From Eledone cirrhosa (taxonomy: Eukaryota), in contig CAXHJY010000184.1 of the NCBI GenBank assembly GCA_964016885.1, forward strand, positions 248,001 through 312,000: a stretch of DNA of 64,000 nt. The letters are read 5' to 3'. The notes beneath the pieces were generated by a model that saw only the letters and a list, made by a program, of their open reading frames with translations, was not told the DNA's origin and did not search any database. Shown here in pieces: positions 15,001-29,009 of this stretch. The position numbers and the translations under genes are program-made. Positions within the stretch are counted from its first letter, which is position 1, and each line of letters starts with the position of its first letter.

Positions 15001-18000
15001 CTACAGGACTATAGTCTTTCCCAATCACTACAGGACTACATTCTTTCCCAGTCACTACAGGACTATAGTCTTTCCCAGTCACTACAGGACTATAGTCTTT
15101 CCCAGTCACTACAGGACTATAGTCTTTCCCAGTCACTACAGGACTATAGTTTTTCCCAGTCACTACAGGACTATAGTCTTTCCCAATCACTACAGGACTA
15201 TAGTCTTTCCCAATCACTACAGGACTATAGTCTTTCCCAATCACTACAAGTCTATAGTCTTTCCCAGTCACTACAGGACTATAGTCTTTCCCAATCACTA
15301 CAGGACTATAGTCTTTCCCAGTCACTACAGGACTATAGTCTTTCCCAGTCACTACAGGACTATAGTCTTTCCCAGTCACTACAGGACTACATTCTTTCCC
15401 AGTCACTACAGGACTATAGTCTTTCCCAATCACTACAGGACTATAGTCTTTCCCAGTCACTACAGGACTATAGTCTTTCCCAGTCACTACAGGACTATAG
15501 TCTTTCCCAATCACTACAGGACTATAGTCTTTCCCAATCACTACAAGACTATAGTCTTTCCCAGTCACTACAGGACTATAGTCTTTCCCAATCACTACAG
15601 GACTATAGTCTTTCCCAGTCACTACAGGACTATAGTCTTTCCCAGTCACTACAGGACTATAGTCTTTCCCAGTCACTACAGGACTACATTCTTTCCCAGT
15701 CACTACAGGACTATAGTCTTTCCCAATCACTACAGGACTATAGTCTTTCCCAGTCACTACAGGACTATAGTCTTTCCCAGTCACTACAGGACTATAGTCT
15801 TTCTCAGTCACTACAGGACTATAGTCTTTCCCAGTCACTACAGGACTATAGTCTTCCCAGTCACTACAGGACTATAGTCTTTCCCAGTCACTACAGGACT
15901 ATAGTCTTTCCCAGTCACTACAGGACTATAGTCTTTCCCAGTCACTACAGGACTATAGTCTTTCCCAGTCACTACAGGACTATAGTCCTTCCCAGTCACT
16001 ACAGGACTATAGTCTTTCCCAATCACTACAGGACTATAGTCTTTCCCAGTCATTACAGGTCTATAGTCTTTCCCAGTCACTACAGGACTATAGTCTTTCC
16101 CAGTCACTACAGGACTATAGTCTTTCCCAATCACTACAAGACTATAGTCTTTCCCAGTCACTACAGGACTATAGTCTTTCCCAGTCACTACAAGACTATA
16201 GTCTTTCCCAATCACTACAGGACTATAGTCTTTCCCAGTCATTACAGGACTATAGTCTTTCCCAGTCACTACAGGACTATAGTCTTTCCCAGTCACTACA
16301 GGACTATAGTCTTTCCCAATCACTACAAGACTATAGTCTTTCCCAGTCACTACAGGACTATAGTCTTTCCCAGTCACTACAAGACTATAGTCTTTCCCAA
16401 TCACTACAGGACTATAGTCTTTCCCAGTCACTACAGGACTATAGTCTTTCCCAGTCAGTCACTACAGGACTATAGTCTTTCCCAGTCACTACAAGACTAT
16501 AGTCTTTCCCAGTCACTACAAGACTATAGTCTTTCCCAGTCACTACAGGACTATAGTCTTTCCCAGTCACTACAGGACTATAGTCTCTCCCAGTCACTAC
16601 AGGACTATAGTCTTTGCCAGTCACTACAGGACTATAGTCTTTCCCAATCACTACAGGACTATAGTCTTTCCCAATCACTACAGGACTATAGTCTTTCCCA
16701 GTCACTACAGGACTATAGTCTTTCCCAATCACTACAGGACTATAGTCTTTCCCAGTCACTACAGGACTATAGTCTTTCCCAATCACCACAGGACTATAGT
16801 CTTTCCCAATCACTACAGGACTATAGTCTTTCCCAGTCACTACAGGACTATAGTCTTTCCCAGTCACTACAGGACTATAGTCTTTCCCAGTCACTACAGG
16901 ACTATAGTCTTTCCCAGTCACCACAGGACCATAGTCTTTCCCAGTCACTACAGTACTATAGTCTTTCCCAATCACTACAGGACTATAGTCTTTCCCAATC
17001 ACTACAGGACTATAGTCTTTCCCAATCACTACAGGACTATAGTCTTTCCCAGACACTACAGGACTATAGTCTTTCCCAATCCCTACAGGACTATAGTCTT
17101 TCCCAGTCACTACAGGACTATAGTCTTTCCCAATCACTACAGGACTATAGTCTTTCCCAGTCACTACAGGACTATAGTCTTTCCCAATCACCACAGGACT
17201 ATAGTCTTTCCCAATCACTACAGGACTATAGTCTTTCCCAGTCACTACAGGACTATAGTCTTTCCCAGTCACTACAGGACTATAGTCTTTCCCAATCACT
17301 ACAGGACTATAGTCTTTCCCAGTCACTACAAGACCATAGTCTTTCCCAGTCACTACAAGACTATAGTCTTTCCCAGTCAGTCACTACAGGACTATAGTCT
17401 TTCCCAGTCACTACAGGACTATAGTCTTTCCCAATCACTACAGGACTATAGTCTTTCCCAGTCACTACAGGACTATAGTCTTTCCCAATCACTACAGGAC
17501 TATAGTCTTTCCCAGTCACTACAGGACTATAGTCTTTCCCAGTCACTACAGGACTATAGTCTTTCCCAATCACTACAGGACTATAGTCTTTCCCAGTCAG
17601 TCACTACAGGACTATAGTCTTTCCCAGTCACTACAGGACTATAGTCTTTCCCAGTCACTACAGGACTATAGTCTTTCCCAGTCACTACAGGACTATAGTC
17701 TTTCCCAGTCACTACAGGACTATAGTCTTTCCCAGTCACTACAGGACTATAGTCTTTCCCAATCACTACAGGACTACATTCTTTCCCAGTCACTACAGGA
17801 CTATAGTCTTTCCCAGTCACTACAGGACTATAGTCTTTCCCAGTCACTACAGGACTATAGTCTTTCCCAGTCACTACAGGACTATAGTTTTTCCCAGTCA
17901 CTACAGGACTATAGTCTTTCCCAATCACTACAGGACTATAGTCTTTCCCAATCACTACAGGACTATAGTCTTTCCCAATCACTACAAGACTATAGTCTTT

Positions 18001-21000
18001 CCCAGTCACTACAGGACTATAGTCTTTCCCAATCACTACAGGACTATAGTCTTTCCCAGTCACTACAGGACTATAGTCTTTCCCAGTCACTACAGGACTA
18101 TAGTCTTTCCCAGTCACTACAGGACTACATTCTTTCCCAGTCACTACAGGACTATAGTCTTTCCCAATCACTACAGGACTATAGTCTTTCCCAGTCACTA
18201 CAGGACTATAGTCTTTCCCAGTCACTACAGGACTATAGTCTTTCCCAGTCACTACAGGACTATAGTCTTTCCCAGTCACTACAGGACTATAGTCTTTCCC
18301 AGTCACTACAGGACTATAGTCTTTCCCAGTCACTACAGGACTATAGTCTTTCCCAGTCACTACAGGACTATAGTCTTTCCCAGTCACTACAGGACTATAG
18401 TCTTTCCCAGTCACTACAGGACTATAGTCCTTCCCAGTCACTACAGGACTATAGTCTTTCCCAATCACTACAGGACTATAGTCTTTCCCAGTCATTACAG
18501 GACTATAGTCTTTCCCAGTCACTACAGGACTATAGTCTTTCCCAGTCACTACAGGACTATAGTCTTTCCCAATCACTACAAGACTATAGTCTTTCCCAGT
18601 CACTACAGGACTATAGTCTTTCCCAGTCACTACAAGACTATAGTCTTTCCCAATCACTACAGGACTATAGTCTTTCCCAGTCATTACAGGACTATAGTCT
18701 TTCCCAGTCACTACAGGACTATAGTCTTTCCCAGTCACTACAGGACTATAGTCTTTCCCAATCACTACAAGACTATAGTCTTTCCCAGTCACTACAGGAC
18801 TATAGTCTTTCCCAGTCACTACAAGACTATAGTCTTTCCCAATCACTACAGGACTATAGTCTTTCCCAGTCACTACAGGACTATAGTCTTTCCCAGTCAG
18901 TCACTACAGGACTATAGTCTTTCCCAGTCACTACAAGACTATAGTCTTTCCCAGTCACTACAGGACTATAGTCTTTCCCAGTCACTACAAGACTATAGTC
19001 CTTCCCAGTCACTACAGGACTATAGTCTTTCCCAATCACTACAGGACTATAGTCTTTCCCAGTCATTACAGGACTATAGTCTTTCCCAGTCACTACAGGA
19101 CTATAGTCTTTCCCAGTCACTACAGGACTATAGTCTTTCCCAATCACTACAAGACTATAGTCTTTCCCAGTCACTACAGGACTATAGTCTTTCCCAGTCA
19201 CTACAAGACTATAGTCTTTCCCAATCACTACAGGACTATAGTCTTTCCCAGTCACTACAGGACTATAGTCTCTCCCAGTCACTACAGGACTATAGTCTTT
19301 GCCAGTCACTACAGGACTATAGTCTTTCCCAATCACTACAGGACTATAGTCTTTTCCAATCACTACAGGACTATAGTCTTTCCCAATCACTACAGGACTA
19401 TAGTCTTTCCCAATCACTACAGGACTATAGTCTTTTCCAATCACTACAGGACTATAGTCTTTCCCAATCACTACAGGACTACATTCTTTCCCAGTCACTA
19501 CAGGACTATAGTCTTTCCCAATCACTACAGGACTATAGTCTTTCCCAGTCACTACAGGACTATAGTCTTTCCCAGTCACTACAGGACTATAGTCTTTCCC
19601 AGTCACTACAGGACTATAGTCTTTCCCAGTCACTACAGGACTATAGTCTTTCCCAGTCACTACAGGACTATAGTCTTTCCCAGTCACTACAGGACTATAG
19701 TTTTTCCCAGTCACTACAGGACTATAGTCTTTCCCAATCACTACAGGACTATAGTCTTTCCCAATCACTACAGGACTATAGTCTTTCCCAATCACTACAA
19801 GACTATAGTCCTTCCCAGTCACTACAGGACTATAGTCTTTCCCAATCACTACAGGACTATAGTCTTTCCCAGTCATTACAGGACTATAGTCTTTCCCAGT
19901 CACTACAGGACTATAGTCTTTCCCAGTCACTACAAGACTATAGTCTTTCCCAATCACTACAGGACTATAGTCTTTCCCAGTCACTACAGGACTATAGTCT
20001 TTCCCAGTCAGTCACTACAGGACTATAGTCTTTCCCAGTCACTACAAGACTATAGTCTTTCCCAGTCACTACAGGACTATAGTCTTTCCCAGTCACTACA
20101 AGACTATAGTCCTTCCCAGTCACTACAGGACTATAGTCTTTCCCAATCACTACAGGACTATAGTCTTTCCCAGTCATTACAGGACTATAGTCTTTCCCAG
20201 TCACTACAGGACTATAGTCTTTCCCAGTCACTACAGGACTATAGTCTTTCCCAATCACTACAAGACTATAGTCTTTCCCAGTCACTACAGGACTATAGTC
20301 TTTCCCAGTCACTACAAGACTATAGTCTTTCCCAATCACTACAGGACTATAGTCTTTCCCAGTCACTACAGGACTATAGTCTCTCCCAGTCACTACAGGA
20401 CTATAGTCTTTGCCAGTCACTACAGGACTATAGTCTTTCCCAATCACTACAGGACTATAGTCTTTTCCAATCACTACAGGACTATAGTCTTTCCCAATCA
20501 CTACAGGACTATAGTCTTTCCCAATCACTACAGGACTATAGTCTTTTCCAATCACTACAGGACTATAGTCTTTCCCAATCACTACAGGACTATAGTCTTT
20601 CCCAGTCACTACAGGACTATAGTCTTTCCCAGTCACTACAGGACTATAGTCTTTCCCAGTCACTACAGGACTACATTCTTTCCCAGTCACTACAGGACTA
20701 TAGTCTTTCCCAATCACTACAGGACTATAGTCTTTCCCAGTCACTACAGGACTATAGTCTTTCCCAGTCACTACAGGACTATAGTCTTTCCCAGTCACTA
20801 CAGGACTATAGTCTTTCCCAGTCACTACAGGACTATAGTCTTTCCCAGTCACTACAGGACTATAGTCTTTCCCAGTCACTACAGGACTATAGTCTTTCCC
20901 AGTCACTACAGGACTATAGTCTTTCCCAGTCACTACAGGACTATAGTCTTTCCCAGTCACTACAGGACTATAGTCCTTCCCAGTCACTACAGGACTATAG

Positions 21001-23778
21001 TCTTTCCCAATCACTACAGGACTATAGTCTTTCCCAGTCATTACAGGACTATAGTCTTTCCCAGTCACTACAGGACTATAGTCTTTCCCAGTCACTACAG
21101 GACTATAGTCTTTCCCAATCACTACAAGACTATAGTCTTTCCCAGTCACTACAGGACTATAGTCTTTCCCAGTCACTACAAGACTATAGTCTTTCCCAAT
21201 CACTACAGGACTATAGTCTTTCCCAGTCATTACAGGACTATAGTCTTTCCCAGTCACTACAGGACTATAGTCTTTCCCAGTCACTACAGGACTATAGTCT
21301 TTCCCAATCACTACAAGACTATAGTCTTTCCCAGTCACTACAGGACTATAGTCTTTCCCAGTCACTACAAGACTATAGTCTTTCCCAATCACTACAGGAC
21401 TATAGTCTTTCCCAGTCACTACAGGACTATAGTCTTTCCCAGTCAGTCACTACAGGACTATAGTCTTTCCCAGTCACTACAAGACTATAGTCTTTCCCAG
21501 TCACTACAGGACTATAGTCTTTCCCAGTCACTACAAGACTATAGTCCTTCCCAGTCACTACAGGACTATAGTCTTTCCCAATCACTACAGGACTATAGTC
21601 TTTCCCAGTCATTACAGGACTATAGTCTTTCCCAGTCACTACAGGACTATAGTCTTTCCCAGTCACTACAGGACTATAGTCTTTCCCAATCACTACAAGA
21701 CTATAGTCTTTCCCAGTCACTACAGGACTATAGTCTTTCCCAGTCACTACAAGACTATAGTCTTTCCCAATCACTACAGGACTATAGTCTTTCCCAGTCA
21801 CTACAGGACTATAGTCTCTCCCAGTCACTACAGGACTATAGTCTTTGCCAGTCACTACAGGACTATAGTCTTTTCCAATCACTACAGGACTATAGTCTTT
21901 CCCAATCACTACAGGACTATAGTCTTTCCCAATCACTACAGGACTATAGTCTTTCCCAATCACTACAGGACTATAGTCTTTTCCAATCACTACAGGACTA
22001 TAGTCTTTCCCAATCACTACAGGACTATAGTCTTTTCCAATCACTACAGGACTATAGTCTTTCCCAATCACTACAGGACTACATTCTTTCCCAGTCACTA
22101 CAGGACTATAGTCTTTCCCAATCACTACAGGACTATAGTCTTTCCCAGTCACTACAGGACTATAGTCTTTCCCAGTCACTACAGGACTATAGTCTTTCCC
22201 AGTCACTACAGGACTATAGTCTTTCCCAGTCACTACAGGACTATAGTCTTTCCCAGTCACTACAGGACTATAGTCTTTCCCAGTCACTACAGGACTATAG
22301 TTTTTCCCAGTCACTACAGGACTATAGTCTTTCCCAATCACTACAGGACTATAGTCTTTCCCAATCACTACAGGACTATAGTCTTTCCCAATCACTACAA
22401 GACTATAGTCTTTCCCAGTCACTACAGGACTATAGTCTTTCCCAATCACTACAGGACTATAGTCTTTCCCAGTCACTACAGGACTATAGTCTTTCCCAGT
22501 CACTACAGGACTATAGTCTTTCCCAGTCACTACAGGACTACATTCTTTCCCAGTCACTACAGGACTATAGTCTTTCCCAATCACTACAGGACTATAGTCT
22601 TTCCCAGTCACTACAGGACTATAGTCTTTCCCAGTCACTACAGGACTATAGTCTTTCCCAGTCACTACAGGACTATAGTCTTTCCCAGTCACTACAGGAC
22701 TATAGTCTTTCCCAGTCACTACAGGACTATAGTCTTTCCCAGTCACTACAGGACTATAGTCTTTCCCAGTCACTACAGGACTATAGTCTTTCCCAGTCAC
22801 TACAGGACTATAGTCTTTCCCAGTCACTACAGGACTATAGTCCTTCCCAGTCACTACAGGACTATAGTCTTTCCCAATCACTACAGGACTATAGTCTTTC
22901 CCAGTCATTACAGGACTATAGTCTTTCCCAGTCACTATAGGACTATAGTCTTTCCCAGTCACTACAGGACTATAGTCTTTCCCAATCACTACAAGACTAT
23001 AGTCTTTCCCAGTCACTACAGGACTATAGTCTTTCCCAGTCACTACAAGACTATAGTCTTTCCCAATCACTACAGGACTATAGTCTTTCCCAGTCACTAC
23101 AGGACTATAGTCTCTCCCAGTCACTACAGGACTATAGTCTTTGCCAGTCACTACAGGACTATAGTCTTTCCCAATCACTACAGGACTATAGTCTTTTCCA
23201 ATCACTACAGGACTATAGTCTTTCCCAATCACTACAGGACTATAGTCTTTCCCAGTCACTACAGGACTATAGTCTTTCCCAGTCACTACAGGACCATAGT
23301 CTTTCCCAATCACTACAGGACTATAGTCTTTCCCAGTCACTACAGGACTATAGTCTTTCCCAGTCACTACAGGACTATAGTCTTTCCCAGTCACTACAGG
23401 ACTATAGTCTTTCCCAGTCACTACAGGACCATAGTCTTTCCCAATCACTACAGGACTATAGTCTTTCCCAGTCACTACAGGACTATAGTCTTTCCCAGTC
23501 ACCACAGGACTATAGTCTTTCCCAGTCACCACAGGACCATAGTCTTTCCCAGTCACTACAGTACTATAGTCTTTCCCAATCACTACAGGACTATAGTCTT
23601 TCCCAGTCACTACAGGACTATAGTCTTTCCCAATCACTACAGGACCATAGTCTTTCCCAGTCACTACAGTACTATAGTCTTTCCCAATCACTACAGGACT
23701 ATAGTCTTTCCCAGTCACTGCAGGACTATAGTCTTTCCCAATCACTACAGGACTATAGTCTTTCCCAGTCACTACAGG
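1..23778. repeat. 27-bp satellite array, consensus CAGTCACTACAGGACTATAGTCTTTCC, roughly 880 units, open at the window start
   Basis: Continuous 27-bp periodicity with point variants (CAATCAC, ACAAGAC, TACATTC etc.) and a palindromic core GACTATAGTC. Ends abruptly at ...ACTACAGG|TCCTCTAC. Confidence 0.99.
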
Positions 23779-24158
23779 TCCTCTACTTCCATTGCCATAC
23801 AATATCATATCATTCATACATATAACATATACCAGTCATAGAAAGTAATTAACCTTTCATGAACGTTTCTGTCTCACAATTATCTTATGAAAAGTCCAGC
23901 ACACTTTAGTATTAAACCGTTAATTACTTAAATTTATAATTATATGTGATTCAATTAATTATGAAATAATCAAGAATTTGGAAGGATTTAGTCAAATAAT
24001 TAGCATCTTCATTATTAAGCTGGTATAAGGTGGTGGATTGGCAGTATTATTAGAGGATCAAACATGCTTTGCAGCATAGAGTTACATCCCTTTAGGCTCT
24101 GAGTTAAATTTAATCAGCTTTGCCAACCCCCAAAATTGTTGGCTTTGTGCCATTATGA

Positions 24159-24372
24159 GTGGTGGATTGACAGAATCTGTAGAGTGTTGGACAACGTTTT
24201 GTGGCTTAGAGTTATGTCCCTTTACATTCTGATTTCAAATTCCACTGAGGTTAGTTTTGCCTGTCATCCTTACAGGGTTGATAAAATAAAGTACCAGTAA
24301 CATACTAGTGTCAATTATCAGCTTTCCCTTCTCCAAAAGTTGTTGGCGTTGTGCCTAAATCAGAAACCATTA
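24159..24372 (+). mobile_element. tRNA-derived SINE with Nin/Deu-type core, degenerate; a more decayed copy lies at ~24028-24150
   Basis: B-box-like GATTTCAAATTCC, core TTTGCCTGTCATCCTTACAGGGTTGATAAAATAAAGTACCAG and tail TTGTGCCTAAATCAGAAACC, all shared with many copies in the window. Confidence 0.7.
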
Positions 24373-24584
24373 CTAAGCTGGTATTTGGAACATAAGTAAA
24401 TAAATGGTTACATAAATTACAACAGAATGTTTTAAACTGCTTTAAACTGGAGGGGTTTTTTAAATACAGAATAAAAACAGAGGCAGTTTTGAGTAGCTTC
24501 AAAAGAATTAACCTAATGAAAAATAGTGTAAAAAATATAAAAATATATGAGATAAAAATGTGATATGAGAATGAATTTTTGTGC

Positions 24585-24812
24585 CATGACAAAAAGCACC
24601 CAGTCCACACTGTACATGTGCTTGGCGTTAGGAAGGGCATCCAACCATAGAAACCTTGCCAGAAATCGTTCAATATGAGCAAGACACAGTCAGCCTTGTA
24701 TGAATAAGACACAGCCATCTGATCAGGCTTGTCTCACAACAGGACAAGTCATTTAACCCATAGTAGCATTGAAAAATGGACATGTGATGATGATGATGAT
24801 GATGATGATGAT
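24585..24812 (+). mobile_element. 3' portion of a SINE or RTE-related tail ending in (TGA)n
   Basis: GGCGTTAGGAAGGGCATCC...AGAAACC motif and ...GGACAT...(GAT)n tail, homologous to 53870-54010 and 54403-54560. Confidence 0.6.
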
Positions 24813-25018
24813 TGTGTAGGACAAAATGCTTTATGGTATTTATTTCAGCTGCTTGTGCTCAGAGTAAAAATTCTGCCATGGTTAATAAACTATCAATCAA
24901 ATAAGTCAGGCGAGCTCAAATCTCATTGTGGCCTATTTAATCCTTCGCCTATTTTAACACTAACAGCACCTCACTCATGGCTGTCCTTAACAGATTCCAC
25001 TCTGCTAGGTTTCTGACT

Positions 25019-25060
25019 TCAGAGACCTTGAAAATCCTCAGGAGAGCAGCCCTTCCCTTC
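25019..25060 (-). CDS. Candidate short terminal exon (EGKGCSPEDFQGL*) that would follow SPX exon 4
   Basis: A 74-nt GTAAGA...pyrimidine-rich...TTTAATCAG interval (25061-25134) joins in phase 0 to 13 codons and TGA. There is no similarity to XPR1 and no transcript evidence. Confidence 0.3.
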   Translation of the reverse strand, partial: EGKGCSPEDFQGL

Positions 25061-25134
25061 CTGATTAAAGGATGAACAAGAAAAACTCAAAAAATGTAAA
25101 CAACAATGAAGAAGATATAACGAAAATGTCTTAC

Positions 25135-25415
25135 TTTGTCATGTTTTTTAAAAATTTTTCTAAATCCAGTAAAATTTAAAGTTTGATAATTTTGTAAGAG
25201 AATCAAACTGAGATAAAATTCACTGAAGGCAAGTTTCAGATCATGCATCTTCCGAGTGTTAATAACTTTGGTGTTCTTCTCCTTAAATAACACATGTACA
25301 CTGCCTCGTCTTCTCCGTAGAGATGTGTGGTGCAGTGCTTTCTCTTCAAGTTGTGAATATTCTTGCAGCTCTGCATTTAAGGTGGCAAATTTCCAAGTGG
25401 CTTCAGCAAATTTTT
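25135..25415 (-). CDS. XPR1: XPR1-like SPX domain, coding exon 4 (EKFAEATWKFATL...DLKLAFSEFYLSLILLQNYQTLNFTGFRKIFKKHDK)
   Basis: Hallmark XPR1 motifs LKLAFSEFYLSLILLQNYQ and LNFTGFRKIxKKHDK. Acceptor TTCACAG, donor GTAAGA, phase consistent with exon 3. Confidence 0.95.
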
Positions 25416-25479
25416 CTGTGAAGAAAAGTGGATAGTGTAGTGTTGATAGCTTTGTTGAAAATATAGACATTTACATAAA

Positions 25480-26045
25480 CATGTGGCAACGTAGAAAGTT
25501 CTGTAGACCACATATGGTAACCTAGACAATTCTGTAGACCTCATATGGTAACAGACAATTCTGTGAGCCACATGTGGTAGCACAAGCAGTTCTGTAGATG
25601 AGATGTGGTAACCTAGGCAATTTTGTAGACCACATGTGGAAACAGGTAATTCTGTAGACCACATGTGAGTAATATAGATAGTTATTTTGAACACATGTGG
25701 GTAAAATAGATAGATGCAGGTAATGTAAATAGTTTATGTAGTCTACATGTTTGTAACACAGAGTTCTATATAATACATGTGAGTAGTATATAATACATGT
25801 GAAAGTTCTGTAGATGACGTGGGTATTGCAAACATTTATGTGGGCAAAGAAGGCAACATATAGGTAATATAGTTTTTTAGGCCCCATGTGGGTAATATAG
25901 ACAGTTGTGTAGGCCACATGTGCATAGTACACAGTTGTGTAGGCCACATGTGCATAGTACACAGTTGTGTAGGCTAACTGTGGGTATGGCAGACAGCTCT
26001 GTAAGCCACATGCGGCTAATATAATTAGTTCTATACACCACATGT
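25480..26045. repeat. Degenerate ~30-bp minisatellite with palindromic CCACATGTGG core (XPR1 intron 3)
   Basis: Recurrent TTCTGTAGACCACATGTGGTAAC-like units. Confidence 0.8.
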
Positions 26046-26256
26046 TAGTAACGCAGAAGGGAATACAATTTTCTTACATAAAATAATGATGGAAAGTTTT
26101 AATTTAAATATAAACACTTTAAAAATCAAATAACTTTACATCATAGAACTAGGGCCATCTTTTTGTGGTTTGTTATCAAAAGAGCTAAGATATTGAAATT
26201 AATGATATTAGGTAGAAGATAGAGTGAACAGGTGAAATAAACAGACTTCTACTCAC

Positions 26257-26358
26257 CTGAGAAAAATGTATTGATCTTTGTCAGTTCTTTTTCACAGAAT
26301 TGGAAAAAGCTTTCATCAAATCGTGTAAAATATCTTTTGATAATAGCACTGTCAGTAA
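26257..26358 (-). CDS. XPR1: XPR1-like SPX domain, coding exon 3 ([34 protein letters not shown])
   Basis: 102 nt, CAG acceptor and GTGAGT donor. Matches the XPR1 segment [34 protein letters not shown]. Confidence 0.95.
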
Positions 26359-26394
26359 CTGTGGTGAGATATCAAATATATATGTTAGAGACTT

Positions 26395-27030
26395 CCATAT
26401 ATAAGATGAAGTATCATATATATACCTACATATTTAAGACAACTGGTATACTGTTATATATAACACAGTACATCATACATTACTATATATAACACAGTAT
26501 ATAATACACTGCTATATATATAAGACAGTATGTTATACACTGTTATATATAATATAGTATCATATATACACTGCTATATATAATATAGTACCATATATAC
26601 ACTGCTATATATAATATAGTACCATATATACACTGCTATACATAACACAGTATATTATACACTCCTGTATATAATACAGTATGTTATATACAGGTATATA
26701 TAACACACGTTATACACACAGCTATATATAAGACATGCTATACATACCTATATATAAGACTTCTATATGATACCCTATATACATCTATATATATATATAA
26801 GACTTCTATATAAAACCCTATATATAAGACATGCTATACTCTTCTATAACTTTGATAGGTTTCGGCCAGTATTGGCCCAAGCCATGTCTAACTTAATAGC
26901 TCCACCTGGCTACTTAATAGCACCACCTGGCATATATATATATATATAAGACTTCTGTATAACGCCCTATATATTTCTATATATATAAGACTTCTATATA
27001 ACACCCTATATATTACATTAGACTTCTATA
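26395..27030. repeat. Degenerate AT-rich ~30-bp tandem repeat (TATATATAACACAGTAT...ACACTGC / TATAAGACTTCTATA) in XPR1 intron 2
   Basis: Repeated units visible directly. Confidence 0.7.
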
Positions 27031-28140
27031 AATAAATAAATGCAGACCACTTTTTGCAGAGCATTTTGCAGATACTTTCTATGAATCTTTCAAATACATT
27101 TTAATAAAATAAAATTGAAGATTTGAAGGTCAGAATTTTGATTCTCGTCTATCTTACCACAGTAAGATTTGAACATAGAACCAAAACAATAAAAATCAAA
27201 TTATGTAAATAACATAGTCTGGTCTTTTACCTTCTCTATTAATTCACTAGCCATCCCTTTCCTCTACTTTCCCATAGACCCAGATAGGCTCTTTACCCCT
27301 TCCCCTTTTTTCTCTTTACTTAATTTTGCTTTTACCTTTCTTTTTCATATTTATGTAATCATTAATGGTTTTTAAGCCAACTTTTTTTGTGAAGTTATAT
27401 TGTAAACTATGTAGCTAAAATCTAGGTTAATGGGACAGAGATCATTTGAAATTTAGGAGGATCAATTTTCAAGGTAACCTTTGAAAGTAAACAAATTAGG
27501 ATTGGTAGCAGCTCTGGTTGTGGTAATGAAGTGGAATAAAAAGAGAAGCTTTATAGGAAAATAGTTATAGAAAGAAGGATCACATCAATCTGTAAAGGGT
27601 TTTGCCTTTCTGCTACACAACTAGACACAAAGCTGATTTATATGAAGATATGGTATTGTCATTTGTATCCAGTGATAGAGAGTTGGGAAGACCCTTTAAT
27701 TGTGTCAAAGACATGACAAACTCTCCTATGCACTCGAATGTGAAACCATACATTAGTGAGATGCAGACTCCCGGCCTGCCTGAGAGTTCAGTAGCCCTGC
27801 TTCACTATTGACTTGCTCTATGTAGACTTATCCAACCCTTGCTAGCAGGAAAGTGGACATTAAAACGATGATGATGATGATGGCTACTGTATGTAGTGAA
27901 GTTGTGGTGTTTGTTATATGTAGTGGACTTGTGGGACATGAACATACAGTGGACATGTGAGCTGTGTTGTATAGAGTAAAGTTCTAGGACAATTTCGACA
28001 TAGAGAATTCATAAAAAATTGTATAAAAAGGAATTGAGAAACATTTCTGTATTATATTGTATTATAGGTGTGGGACATTTTAGAAATGTGAGAAAGAACA
28101 ATTGCAGAAGCTACTTGAAAGAAGACCAACAATGGCTTAC

Positions 28141-28192
28141 CTTCAGATGAGGGAGCTTGTTCTTGTGCCTCATACAACATATTTTTCATTAC
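28141..28192 (-). CDS. XPR1: XPR1-like SPX domain, coding exon 2 (VMKNMLYEAQEQAPSSE)
   Basis: 52 nt, TGACAG acceptor and GTAAGC donor. Matches XPR1 AFKDMLYSAQDQAPSVE. Confidence 0.93.
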
Positions 28193-28396
28193 CTGTCAGA
28201 TGATATAGAATAAATCATTAATATTTCTATTTGATAACAACAGAATATGATTGTGAATACAACCGGCCAAAATGGGGTTCCTCTGAAGGGTTCCAGCTGG
28301 ATGTGTGCGTCTTGTCAAATTGATTAGGTTTGTGGTTTAAACATTTAAAATATGCACAAAAAAATGCTTCTACAGATGTAAAAGTATTTTTAAAGG

Positions 28397-28818
28397 TACT
28401 CTTGGGTCTCAAATAATAGCACCACCCACCCACCCCTCCTGCTTTTTCTCCTTTTTTCCACCACCACCTCGCTCTTATTCCAACACCCCAGCGCCACTTA
28501 TTAAATTTTGTTAAGCTATCTCCAGCGAAATTTTATTTTAAGTAGTAGCATTCCTGCAACAATTGATTTTCTTTATACATTTAAAAACATTATAAATGAC
28601 AAAAATGTACATTACTAGAAATCTCATACGTTATAAAATAAATAGGATGTGTTGAGGTCTCAATATGTAAACTAAATGACTAATTCTGGTTTTTAAAAAA
28701 TCAACAGAGACAACCTAGAAAAAATTACCGAGTTTACACCCCACCCCGCCCCCACATATTCGACCCCCCACCCCCCACTTTTTCCAACCCCAACCCTATT
28801 ACTTAGGACCCAAGAGTA
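28397..28818. mobile_element. ~420-bp MITE with ~23-bp imperfect TIRs and TA termini (Tc1/mariner/pogo-type), in XPR1 intron 1
   Basis: Left TACTCTTGGGTCTCAAATAATAG versus the reverse complement of the right end, TACTCTTGGGTCCTAAGTAATAG. Confidence 0.7.
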
Positions 28819-28940
28819 GATATTTAGCTTTATAAACAAAGTAATGTGCAGTGGTGGTGGTGGTGGTGATGATGATAACGATAGAGATGATGATGATAGA
28901 GATGATGATGATGAAGTTCAGGATGATGTGAGAACCATAC

Positions 28941-29009
28941 CTCATATTGAATATATTGCTTCCGCCACTCTGGAGTTATATGAGCGGCAAGATGCTCAAC
29001 AAACTTCAT
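28941..29009 (-). CDS. XPR1: XPR1-like SPX domain, first coding exon ([23 protein letters not shown]); the exon probably begins at 29040 after an acceptor
   Basis: Canonical XPR1 N-terminus [23 protein letters not shown], 69 coding nt, donor GTATGG. TTACCTGCAG acceptor 31 nt upstream of the ATG suggests a non-coding exon further upstream. Confidence 0.96.

Noticed and set aside
1-23778. CRISPR-like array suggested by ~27-bp palindromic repeats (also the 40-mer at 29.1 kb)
   Set aside because: The repeats are contiguous with no unique spacers, there are no cas genes, and the context is a spliceosomal animal locus.
25087-25470. 127-aa single-exon ORF as listed in the ORF track
   Set aside because: Only 25135-25415 is XPR1-like and bounded by splice sites; the rest is intron read-through.
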